From the NCBI GenBank assembly GCA_965219455.1, contig OZ244744.1, positions 1,024,001 through 1,088,000 on the forward strand: a DNA stretch of 64,000 nt, in the 5' to 3' direction. This document shows positions 20,682-29,522 of the stretch, piece after piece; positions within the stretch are counted from its first letter, which is position 1; the number at the start of each line of letters is the position of its first letter. The notes below the pieces were generated by a model, which worked only from the letters and a program-made list of their open reading frames with translations, was not told the origin of the DNA and searched no databases. The position numbers were made by a program, and so were the translations under genes. The DNA comes from Candidatus Latescibacterota bacterium. Lineage in GTDB: Bacteria > Latescibacterota > UBA2968 > GCA-2709665.

Positions 20682-21295
20682 AACAAACCAGACCTCCTTT
20701 AATCCTTTCCCAAAAATACGACACCACTCTACCGCCGATTCATCCCGTCTCGCGGCGTCGCTTGCACTGCCTGGGCCAGGCTTGTCGAAGGGTCGAAGGG
20801 ATACGAAACGGTCCGAAAGTCTTCTTCCTTTAAATCGCAAAATGACAGGCAGCCTTCACTGCCTGTCATTTATTCGGTCCCAACCAGACGGGGCGGAACA
20901 TCCTGACCGGCGAGTCGCGGGCTAACCGGAAATCTGGAAAAGACCGTCGCCGGATATCGGTACAGTTGATTCGTCAAACGCGTTATAAATGGCGCAGAAA
21001 GAGCGCCGGGCGCAACCGTATCGGAATCCCTGACGTCCGTCAGGTCATTACGGCTCAAAACGATAGACCACGGGCAACTGCGCCGGGTCTACGACGCTCG
21101 TATCCGTGTGGTGGTAGATGTTCACACGCCCGGTGCCGCAGTCTCCGAACCCGTCACAGGTGAGTTCGCCGATGAGACCCGGAAGGCCCGCCGCGCTGAG
21201 CAGAGGCGACGCCGATGGCGATCTTTGCCGGCAGACCGCCGGGCGACAGCGGGGTCGCGCCCGTTACACTATCTCAGTAGGGGCCATAGATTGGC

Positions 21296-22432
21296 TTACT
21301 TGAAGACTTCAAAGGCACCGTTCCGCACCTTCAGCACAATGGGATTGTAAACCGCGTCGCCATCGGGATTGAACGAGAAACGCCCCAGAATCGTATCGAC
21401 CTCCCGGGTATTGATCATCGCGCGTTTGATCGCACTCGCGTCCATCGATCCAGTTTCCGCTATTGCTTTGGCGAGAACAACCAGCGAGACGTAAGAAATC
21501 GCGCCCCATGGATGCGGTTCATAGCCGTACCTGGCGATGTAATTTTCAACGAAGGCCTGGTTCCCAGGTGTGGAAGCGTTGCTTGCCCAACTCAATACGG
21601 AAATCGCGCCTTCGGCGGCGTCGCCCGCTTTCTTAACTTCGGTCAGGGACAGTTCAGGTATGATCATAGGAATCATTGAAGTGATGCCAACCTCACGGGC
21701 GTTGACCAGAACTTGAATCATCTCCGCCGCCAGACACGAGACAAACACGGCATGTGGCTTCAAAGCCATTATTCTGCTCAGCTGGTCGGCAAACGAGGTG
21801 TCGCCCGTTGCAAAAGTCTCCCTTGTCAGAATCTGGACCTCGTTCTCGGCCAGGGCGTTGCGCAATTCCTCGTCCAAGCTGCGGGAATACACGTCGGTCG
21901 AATCGACCATAATCGCCACTCTTCGATACCTCAGTTTCTCCTTCGTACCCTTGACGGCGCCTGGAGCGAGCGTGCCAACGTTGAGGCCTGTGCGGAAGAT
22001 ATAGTCGCCGATCGCGCTCAGGCCGACGGCGGTCGATGTCGAACTTAAAGTCAGAACCTCGCTCTGTTGAGCGATCGGAAACACCTCCTTCGCCACGGTG
22101 GAAATACCGGGACCCAGGATGACGGACACACCGTCCTCTTTGATAAGTTTATTGAACGCTTTCGTGGCGGCATCAACCGTGCCTCGGGAATCCTCCATGA
22201 TGAACTCGATGTTTGAGCCTCCGAGTATCGATGAACCGTTGATTTCTTCAAGTGCGAACTGGAAGCCTTCCCACGCCGGCGCGCCGTATAAAATCTGCGG
22301 GCCGGTCAGCGGGAGTGCGACGCCGATCTCGATCTTTTCGGGCAGACCATCTGCAACGCAGCCCCAGCTCACGGCTGCGACGAGCGAGAAAACGAACAGA
22401 CTGCGAATCTTGGTAAACAAGGCTGACCCCAT
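21296..22432 (-). CDS. ABC transporter substrate-binding protein (branched-chain amino acid type, probable lipoprotein)
   Basis: Signal peptide ending SWGC, IGVALPLTG, YIFR, GRFSFNPDGD; no permease nearby. Confidence 0.88.
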   Translation of the reverse strand: MGSALFTKIRSLFVFSLVAAVSWGCVADGLPEKIEIGVALPLTGPQILYGAPAWEGFQFALEEINGSSILGGSNIEFIMEDSRGTVDAATKAFNKLIKEDGVSVILGPGISTVAKEVFPIAQQSEVLTLSSTSTAVGLSAIGDYIFRTGLNVGTLAPGAVKGTKEKLRYRRVAIMVDSTDVYSRSLDEELRNALAENEVQILTRETFATGDTSFADQLSRIMALKPHAVFVSCLAAEMIQVLVNAREVGITSMIPMIIPELSLTEVKKAGDAAEGAISVLSWASNASTPGNQAFVENYIARYGYEPHPWGAISYVSLVVLAKAIAETGSMDASAIKRAMINTREVDTILGRFSFNPDGDAVYNPIVLKVRNGAFEVFK

Positions 22433-22700
22433 GGGTTACGTTTGCAATTGTGAACTTGAGGAATCTCTGATTAAGCTGTCGGTTGTCTCTGCTGGAAAGA
22501 AGAGTTATAATAGAGAGGGATGGCAAGGTGAAGTCATTCTCGGGACGCCACACTCAATCACCGAATGTAACGGATTTTCCGCCATATTGCAATGACAAAA
22601 AATCACGCCTTCGTGCCCTATTTCGCCCTTATTACGGGGAGCATGATTTAGTTTATCTGCCCCTGCTGTGTGGTAGCGGGGTAAGAACGTCAAAAAACAG

Positions 22701-22740
22701 AGCATAAAATACTTGACAATTGAGTTTAATATGGATATCA
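22701..22740 (+). mobile_element. Isolated IS630 left-end remnant
   Basis: AGCATAAAATACTTGACAATT is identical to 19542-19562. Confidence 0.7.
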
Positions 22741-22852
22741 CACCTGTCCAAAAACGGAATTTGAAAGTATTAGAATAATCCCTCCGAGGATGCGATCATG
22801 GAAGTAGAAGAGCCAACAAGAATCCCTGAACCGCATCTCGGAGGATTGGTGT

Positions 22853-23075
22853 ATGGTACGCACAGCCAGTCTGTTCAGTCAACTGTTGGATTTATTCCCT
22901 CGCAACCAGTTTCAGCGTTCGGTGAAAGCGCACCGGGCAGAGCGATACATGAAAGGGTTCACGTGCTGGGAACAGTTTGTGGCAATGCTGTTCTGCCAGT
23001 TGGCGCAAGCGCATTCGTTACGTGAGATCTGAGACGGACTTTCGTGTTGTCTGGGCAAACTGATCCATGTGGGGG
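22853..23075 (+). pseudogene. IS4-family transposase N-terminal fragment (DUF4372-like) with internal stop
   Basis: Own translation: MVRTASLFSQLLDLFPRNQFQ...YMKGFTCWEQFVAMLFCQLAQAHSLREI*DGL. Confidence 0.8.
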
Positions 23076-23085
23076 TTCGGGAGGC

Positions 23086-23219
23086 GCCGAAACGGTCTCC
23101 CGCGTCTTTTCGCTATATGGCGTCGAAGGCAACTTCCGCCAGGTCCTGCACGAAGTAAGGTCATGGCTTCGACGACGCGCACCGCGAAATCGCGTACGCG
23201 TTCCTGGAGAATCGGTTAG
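23086..23219 (+). pseudogene. 3' remnant of a second copy of the alpha/beta hydrolase
   Basis: AETVSRVFSLYGVEGNFRQVLHE matches AESVSEVFSLYGVKGNFRQVLHE at ~18615-18750, then frameshifts. Confidence 0.85.
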
Positions 23220-23345
23220 ACGTGAGACGCAAGACGTGAGAGATCCCCTGCCGCGTCCGGTTTCATTTTGTGCCGGAGGCATAAAGGAAAAACCAATCGG
23301 GCAAGGACGTCGTCTACCGTCTAACGTCTTACCTCTACCCTCGAA

Positions 23346-23384
23346 CACACGACGGGCTCCGGTTTTTCCGGAGCCCGTCGTGTG
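23346..23384. terminator. Hairpin downstream of tonB
   Basis: ACACGACGGGCTCCGG-TTTTT-CCGGAGCCCGTCGTGT; paralog of the 18882 hairpin. Confidence 0.65.
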
Positions 23385-23408
23385 TTCGTATCGGCTGACG
23401 CGCCGCTC

Positions 23409-24065
23409 TCATTCCTCAAGCTTGAAGTGAATCGGAATCACGAGCCACACCTTGACGGGCCGATCGCTTTGGCGCGCCGGCTCGAACAGGAACTTGCGCA
23501 CCGCGTCTTCGGCCGATTTCCGGAAGATTTCCTCGCCCTTCAACATCCGGATACTCTCCGCTTTTCCGTCTTTGCCAAGAAGCACTTTCAACATGACCGA
23601 TCCTTGCAGGCCGGCACGCAGCGCGAACTGAGGATACACCGGCAACGCCCTCCTCAGCAGCCTGGGCTTCTGCTCCACCTTCCAGACTTCCAGAATCTCC
23701 TCTTCTTCGAAGGGAGCCTCTTCGCTTCCTGCCGGCGGGGGCGGCGGCAGATCCACTGGTACGTCCTCCAGTTCGAGATCGGTCGTCTCGATCGTCACGT
23801 CGTCTGGAACGTCTTCGCTTTCGGTCTCGATCGGCACGGCCGGACGGGGCGGTGGCGGCGGACGGCTGATCTGTCGGGTCTCAGGAAGATCCTCTATCTG
23901 AATCACAATCTGATCGGGTTTGGAAGGTGTGGCCTGAATGTCCAGGGTTGGAAACAGAACGGCGATTCCAGCATGAACCGCCGCGGAGATAACGAACGAA
24001 AGACCCAGAACCTTCCGGTACCGCCGCTTCAGATCCGCCTCGGAATTCTTGTCCCGTTTCTCCAC
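23409..24065 (-). CDS. tonB: Energy transducer TonB
   Basis: Single N-terminal membrane anchor with SAAVH, Pro-rich linker, YP...GLQGSV, FEPARQ C-terminal domain. GTG start inferred. Confidence 0.9.
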   Translation of the reverse strand: MEKRDKNSEADLKRRYRKVLGLSFVISAAVHAGIAVLFPTLDIQATPSKPDQIVIQIEDLPETRQISRPPPPPRPAVPIETESEDVPDDVTIETTDLELEDVPVDLPPPPPAGSEEAPFEEEEILEVWKVEQKPRLLRRALPVYPQFALRAGLQGSVMLKVLLGKDGKAESIRMLKGEEIFRKSAEDAVRKFLFEPARQSDRPVKVWLVIPIHFKLEE

Positions 24066-24540
24066 CTGGATTCCCGTCCGCCGATCCGCCAGGAGCAGCT
24101 CAAAACGCTTGCGTCGATCTCGCAGAGCGGCCAGATTCGACAGTATTGAACCGTCAAACCGTTGCAGCACGAACTTCATCTGATCCCCCTCACGATAATT
24201 CCACTAAACCACCGTGAAAACCGTCCCTTATGAATGTAGATCCGAAATGTTACGGATCGGTTACGCAAATATTGCGATTCTGTAACCTCCGGAGACGAAC
24301 CGACATCGCGCCGTGAATCCTGTGTATCTTTTCGACGTCGAAATTTTCCACTTCGTTCCAAAACCCGAACTTCGTCCCTCCCTGTACCAGGGCTAAGAGG
24401 ACGGGGCGGCGCCGGGTGGACCCTGAGGTCCGGCCCCGGTTTATTTTCGTTTTAAATGACGACCCCCAATCGTATACTTAATATCCGTACACGTAGTATA
24501 CTTATATTTGCACTTAACATGAATAAAAAAACGGGAGGTA

Positions 24541-26874
24541 TTGCCCATGAACTCGACGATTCGATGGGGCATCGGCGGCGCCGGAGGCGCTTATTTTCTG
24601 GCTACGCCGGGTGAACTCGTAATCGACCTACTTAAACGCGACCGCAACGTCCACAACCGCCGCACGGATCTGCGCGCGCTTCTGATAACGCCCGACCGGA
24701 AGGTTGTACAGGAGGTTACCTTGCCGGACACCGGCCCCGGCGACGGCGCCGGCCCGCTTCAACGGGCCCGGCTGTCCACGCACGTCAACCACAAGGGCAT
24801 CTATAAACTCAACGTCACCATCTCCCAGGACAGATACGGCGAGGAGATCGTCTGGGCGTTTCGAACCAACTGCAAGCGTTACCTCGTCGAGACTTCCCGC
24901 GGCCACAAAGACGCCGCGCACCAGGAACCCATCGTCCTGCTCTCGCCGGAGTATCCCGGCGACGTCTGCTTTCTTCCTCCCGAAGGCGCGTTTTCCGTTG
25001 AAATCGGAGACCTGCCCGACACCGTGGAAACGCTGCCGGTGTTCGACGCTTCAGGGAGCCTCGTTGATACCCTGACTGTTCAGGGCGGACGCGCCACCCA
25101 TACGTTCACCGGGCACACTCACCGGTCCGCACCCTGGCGTCTCCACCTGCCCGCCCAGCAAGCCGTAATCCACGTCGACGGGGTCACGCGCTGGTCCGAT
25201 GACGATCCGCACGCGAACATGTCCTACTGGACCCCGCACCTGGATTCTTTCTTCCCCCTCCACCCCTGCCGCTGGCTTCTGACGCCCTACAACAGGAACC
25301 TTTACGTCCGCCCGGGCGAGTCAGGAGCGGTCGACTTCCGGGTCCGGAACCATTCGTGCAGCCCGCAGACCGTGCGCCTGGCGCCCGAATACGACGAGGA
25401 CGCGGCCTTTCCCGTCCGGCTCTCCGAGGACACCTTCGATCTCCGCCCAATGGAAAGTGCCGGCGTCACCGCCCGCTACAGCATGCCCGATACGGCAGGC
25501 GAAAGTGAAATTCTAACGTGCCGACTGCGGGCGACTTCCGAAAAACATCCTGAAGTGTCCACGTATTCAACGCTGACGCTCAGGGCCGGAACTTCACCCG
25601 TCCGGCGTGCCATCAGACTGCCCCTGGTGTTGAAACCCTATGAACACGAGAACGCACAGTTCGGCTATGTACCCGACTGTCCCGTGGAGAATCAGATCTA
25701 CTTCGGCCTCGACAACCGGCCCTTCGTACGGACCGAAACTGGTATCACCGCGTTGCGGGACGGTCGCTGGACGACGTCCGACTTCAGAGATTCCGTCCGG
25801 GACTTTGAGAACGCCGCCTTTGGAACCGCGTCCACCAAGATTGCCTTCGATGCCAAGAATTTACTATATCTTGTGGCCAATGTCAATGGTCAACCCAACC
25901 TGCTGTATTCCACCGATCACGGCCTTACTTTCTCCGCGTGCGCTATTCCCGGAAAAGAAAGATTTCCGCTCACTTTTGATATCGAATGGTTTACGGGTCA
26001 TAACACGTGCGACGGTCCGCCGCCCCTCCTTCGTTACGCCCGCACTGGAGAAGATGTACTTCATTTCTGGCGGAAAGTCAACGACCTCGAACTCTTTCTG
26101 CCGGAGAAAACGTCCGGGGGGCTCTCGATAGGTCGTCCGATTCTCGTATCAGACAATTGTATCGGCCTCTCACAGCACTCGGGTATTCCCGCCTCGGTGG
26201 TCTCGAAGCACGGGAAGGTGCACGTCATCTGGGCGGAAGCGACCGATCCGGACGAAGACGTCCCCGGCGTACCGACCTACGTCGCCACCATCGACAGAAA
26301 GACGCGGCAAATGAGCCCACCCGCGCTGGTCGGCTACGGACCGCCCGCAAACGACATCCACAATTCACCCAGCATCACCATGGACAGCCAGGGTTATCTT
26401 CACGCCCTGTCGGGTACCCACGGTTGTCCCTTCCCGTATTCCCGTTCACTGGCCCCCAACACCGCGGGCGGCGGCTGGTCCGAGCCTGCAGACGCCTGGC
26501 CGGATGCACGCCAGACCTACATCGGCTTCGTCTGTGATCCGGAAGACACGCTTCACTCCGCCTTCAGGCTCTGGTGGAACGGCACCGGCTACTTTCCTGC
26601 CGGCAATTACGCGACCCTCGCGCATCAGCGACGCCCTGCGGGCGGCTCCTGGCAGGAACCGCGGGTGCTTGTCGTGCCTCCGTTCTCGGAATACAGCGTG
26701 TTCTACCACCGCCTCACCATAGACCGTATCGGGCGGCTCTTCCTCTCGTACGACACCTTTTCCACCTACTGGTTCTATCGGAATGACCACCAGGGAAGCC
26801 GACGCTCGCTGATGATGTCCGATGACCGCGGAAGTAGCTGGAAGCTGGTGGAAACGTCCGATCTGGCCGGGTGA
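24541..26874 (+). CDS. BNR/Asp-box repeat beta-propeller protein
   Basis: STDHGLTF and SDDRGSSW Asp boxes, DIHNSPSITMDSQGYLH; GGGAGG ribosome-binding site. Confidence 0.75.
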   Translation: MPMNSTIRWGIGGAGGAYFLATPGELVIDLLKRDRNVHNRRTDLRALLITPDRKVVQEVTLPDTGPGDGAGPLQRARLSTHVNHKGIYKLNVTISQDRYGEEIVWAFRTNCKRYLVETSRGHKDAAHQEPIVLLSPEYPGDVCFLPPEGAFSVEIGDLPDTVETLPVFDASGSLVDTLTVQGGRATHTFTGHTHRSAPWRLHLPAQQAVIHVDGVTRWSDDDPHANMSYWTPHLDSFFPLHPCRWLLTPYNRNLYVRPGESGAVDFRVRNHSCSPQTVRLAPEYDEDAAFPVRLSEDTFDLRPMESAGVTARYSMPDTAGESEILTCRLRATSEKHPEVSTYSTLTLRAGTSPVRRAIRLPLVLKPYEHENAQFGYVPDCPVENQIYFGLDNRPFVRTETGITALRDGRWTTSDFRDSVRDFENAAFGTASTKIAFDAKNLLYLVANVNGQPNLLYSTDHGLTFSACAIPGKERFPLTFDIEWFTGHNTCDGPPPLLRYARTGEDVLHFWRKVNDLELFLPEKTSGGLSIGRPILVSDNCIGLSQHSGIPASVVSKHGKVHVIWAEATDPDEDVPGVPTYVATIDRKTRQMSPPALVGYGPPANDIHNSPSITMDSQGYLHALSGTHGCPFPYSRSLAPNTAGGGWSEPADAWPDARQTYIGFVCDPEDTLHSAFRLWWNGTGYFPAGNYATLAHQRRPAGGSWQEPRVLVVPPFSEYSVFYHRLTIDRIGRLFLSYDTFSTYWFYRNDHQGSRRSLMMSDDRGSSWKLVETSDLAG

Positions 26875-28640
26875 AGGGATTACTCGCGATGGCAGAGAGA
26901 AAGTTTCGCAGGAATGAACCGATCAGTGAAAACGCATCTGCGAGTAATGCCGAAATCTGCAAGGCAGCGGGCTCGGGCGACCTGGATCGTGTACGGTCTA
27001 TTCTGAAGCAGAAACCCGAACTCGCCTGCCGGGACGGAATACAGGGCTATCAGGCCATACACCACGCGGCGAGGGAGGGTCACATGGAGGTGGTCAGGCA
27101 CCTTCTGACGGCTGGCGCCAGCCCGACCCGGATAACCTACCGGGAGCGCGTGTCCGCCATCGATATGGCCAGGCACCACGGGCATACCGAAGTGGCCGAA
27201 GCGATGGAAGAATGGCGGTCCCAACACTCGGGTGAATCAGAAACAGGGATCCAGCTCTGCCAAGCCGCCGGCAGCGGTGATATTGAAGGCGTGAGGGAAC
27301 TGCTTGACACGGACCCTTCCGGGATACACTCGGTGAACAGGAGCGGCGACACGGCGCTGCACGCAGCCGTGGAAAACCATCGTATCACGGTGGTCGAGGA
27401 ACTCCTGGACCGGGGCGCCGATCCGAATCGATCCAACGCGCGGGGCAAAAAGCCCATCCATCTCACCTTCGGGCCTCGGCTCAAACGTGGTTGGGACCCA
27501 CCTCCGAGCCCGTTGTGGCCGGTCATAGGCGGTCTTCTGTTGGGACGGGGCGCAGAATACGATCTTTGGGTTGCGTGCGCAATCGGCGACGTCGACCGGG
27601 CGCGGGAAATCCTCGATGCCGATCCCGGGGCCGTAAACGATTGGTCCCGAAACTATCCCGGCATGGACGCCTATCCGATCACGATTGCCGCGGAGAAGGG
27701 CCACCACGAAGTTGTGCGCCTCCTGTTGGAACGGGGAGCGGATCCGGACACGCCATATGACAAGGACGAGGGATACCGCGTGGCGGAGCAAGGCGCCCCT
27801 CTGCATGCCGCGGCAGCCAACGACGATTTGCAGTTGGCGACACTGCTTCTGGCGCACGGGGCATCGGCACATACCGTGATGGATGCGTCCGGCAATGCAT
27901 TCAACCTGGCGATCTCCAACGGGAACGATGCGATGGAAAAACTGCTTTTGCGACACGGCGCATTTCCCGGGTATGACAACGCGATCACTCCAGGATTCTA
28001 TGCACAGCACAGTGACAATATCACTGTCGATGCAGCGCTCGTTAAATCCGATCCCTCGTGTGTCAAGGACGTTCTGAAAGGGGCCGTCCACGGCGGCCAT
28101 CCGGATCTCGTGGACCTCTGCCTCTCACGGAATCCGGGTTTTACGGAAAGCGAAATGCATGACGTGCTGTGCCTGGCAATGCGGGTGTGGCGGCTCCGGT
28201 GTCCGAGAAAACCGGGCGATGCGCGCGTGGAACACTTCTACGCCTGCTTCGAACTCCTTTTGGATTGCGGATTCGATCCGAACGCCCGCGCGAAGGAAGG
28301 CGGCTTGACCCCCCTTCATTGGACCGCGGAAATCACCTGGCACGTCAGCGAGCAGGATCGAATCGTTTTCGCGCAAAAGCTGCTGAACCACGGCGCCGAG
28401 ATAAGCGTGCTGGGCGGAGAAAGACAGTCGACGCCGCTGGCAATGGCAGTACGCTACGAGTGGCCCGAGCTTGCCAGGTTCATGCTGGAAGCGGGCGCCG
28501 ATCCGAATCTGGCGGGTGCGCAATGGGCGACACCACTGGCCTGGAGTGAGAAACCGCAGGGCCATAAGGAATATGAACGACTCGACTCGAAAGAAGCCGA
28601 TATGGGCGCTTTGCTGAGGAGATATGGCGCAAAGAAATAG
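26871..28640 (+). CDS. Ankyrin-repeat protein
   Basis: Many ANK units (GDTALHAAV, LLDRGADPN, TPLHW, TPLAMA); 4-nt overlap with the upstream gene. Confidence 0.92.
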   Translation: MKGLLAMAERKFRRNEPISENASASNAEICKAAGSGDLDRVRSILKQKPELACRDGIQGYQAIHHAAREGHMEVVRHLLTAGASPTRITYRERVSAIDMARHHGHTEVAEAMEEWRSQHSGESETGIQLCQAAGSGDIEGVRELLDTDPSGIHSVNRSGDTALHAAVENHRITVVEELLDRGADPNRSNARGKKPIHLTFGPRLKRGWDPPPSPLWPVIGGLLLGRGAEYDLWVACAIGDVDRAREILDADPGAVNDWSRNYPGMDAYPITIAAEKGHHEVVRLLLERGADPDTPYDKDEGYRVAEQGAPLHAAAANDDLQLATLLLAHGASAHTVMDASGNAFNLAISNGNDAMEKLLLRHGAFPGYDNAITPGFYAQHSDNITVDAALVKSDPSCVKDVLKGAVHGGHPDLVDLCLSRNPGFTESEMHDVLCLAMRVWRLRCPRKPGDARVEHFYACFELLLDCGFDPNARAKEGGLTPLHWTAEITWHVSEQDRIVFAQKLLNHGAEISVLGGERQSTPLAMAVRYEWPELARFMLEAGADPNLAGAQWATPLAWSEKPQGHKEYERLDSKEADMGALLRRYGAKK

Positions 28641-29134
28641 ACAGGAGAGAGAAAATCGGTATGGCCGACCAGAAGCAGCAGAAACAGCGTAGAGCTATCA
28701 GCAGTCCGCTTGAATCAAAAACCAAATCAGTTGACGTCATTGTCGTGACCTCTCCCCCCGGCCCCCTCTCCTAAAGGAAAGGGGGAGACTGGCGTTGACC
28801 CGTAACTATAAGTCGCGTGGATTCTTTAACTGTCGATATGTCTTCAACGGTTGTCCGTTCCTCCTTCCTTCAGGAAGGGGGAAAGGCGGTAGGTCTCGCC
28901 CTCACTCCCATCCAGTCCGGGTAGAGGAGGCATTGTTCGCAGCGTCAGACGCGCCGCTCACCGTCAAGCTCGAACGCCAGAACCACGCGTGACCTGAAGG
29001 CACGAAAAATCGCCGGTACAACAGGTCACCCGATACGCGGGCGGAGGCGGATTCTCTGCGCTCAAACGTCCAGCATTATTATTGTACAGGAAAAGCATGT
29101 AATTTACATACAAAAGCCGTTCACCCGCTCCTTC

Positions 29135-29345
29135 GTTTCACCGCTCGCGCGAACGGTCTGGGAATATGGGGGTTTTTCCGCGTTTTTCCGTCCAGCACAG
29201 CAGTACTGGTACATCTGACGGGCTCGTAGGTCGCCCAGACGCCATTTTGTCCTTTAGGGGATTCGCGGAAAAACCGGCCCCGTGCCGAGCGGCGCCCTTC
29301 TTTTTCGCCCTTTTTCTTGGGCGATGCAAGAAAAAGGGCAAGGGA
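29135..29345 (-). repeat. ~210-bp structured dispersed repeat, copy 3 (inverted)
   Basis: Reverse complement reads GCCCTTTTTCTTG...CAAGAAAAAGGGC and GGTTTTTCCGCG...CGCGGAAAAACC. Confidence 0.85.
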
Positions 29346-29522
29346 ATAAGGGACGTTAGGGGGTGGCGAGATGCGGTTGCTTCGGCAAGCTCAGTGTAAA
29401 CACTTCGACAAGCTCAGCGCAAGCAACGTCGCGAGACGGGATGAACCGGCCTGCCTGCTGAAGCATGCGAGGCAGGCGGATGAATGGTGACACATTTTTG
29501 GGATGGGACAAAGGAATTCCTT

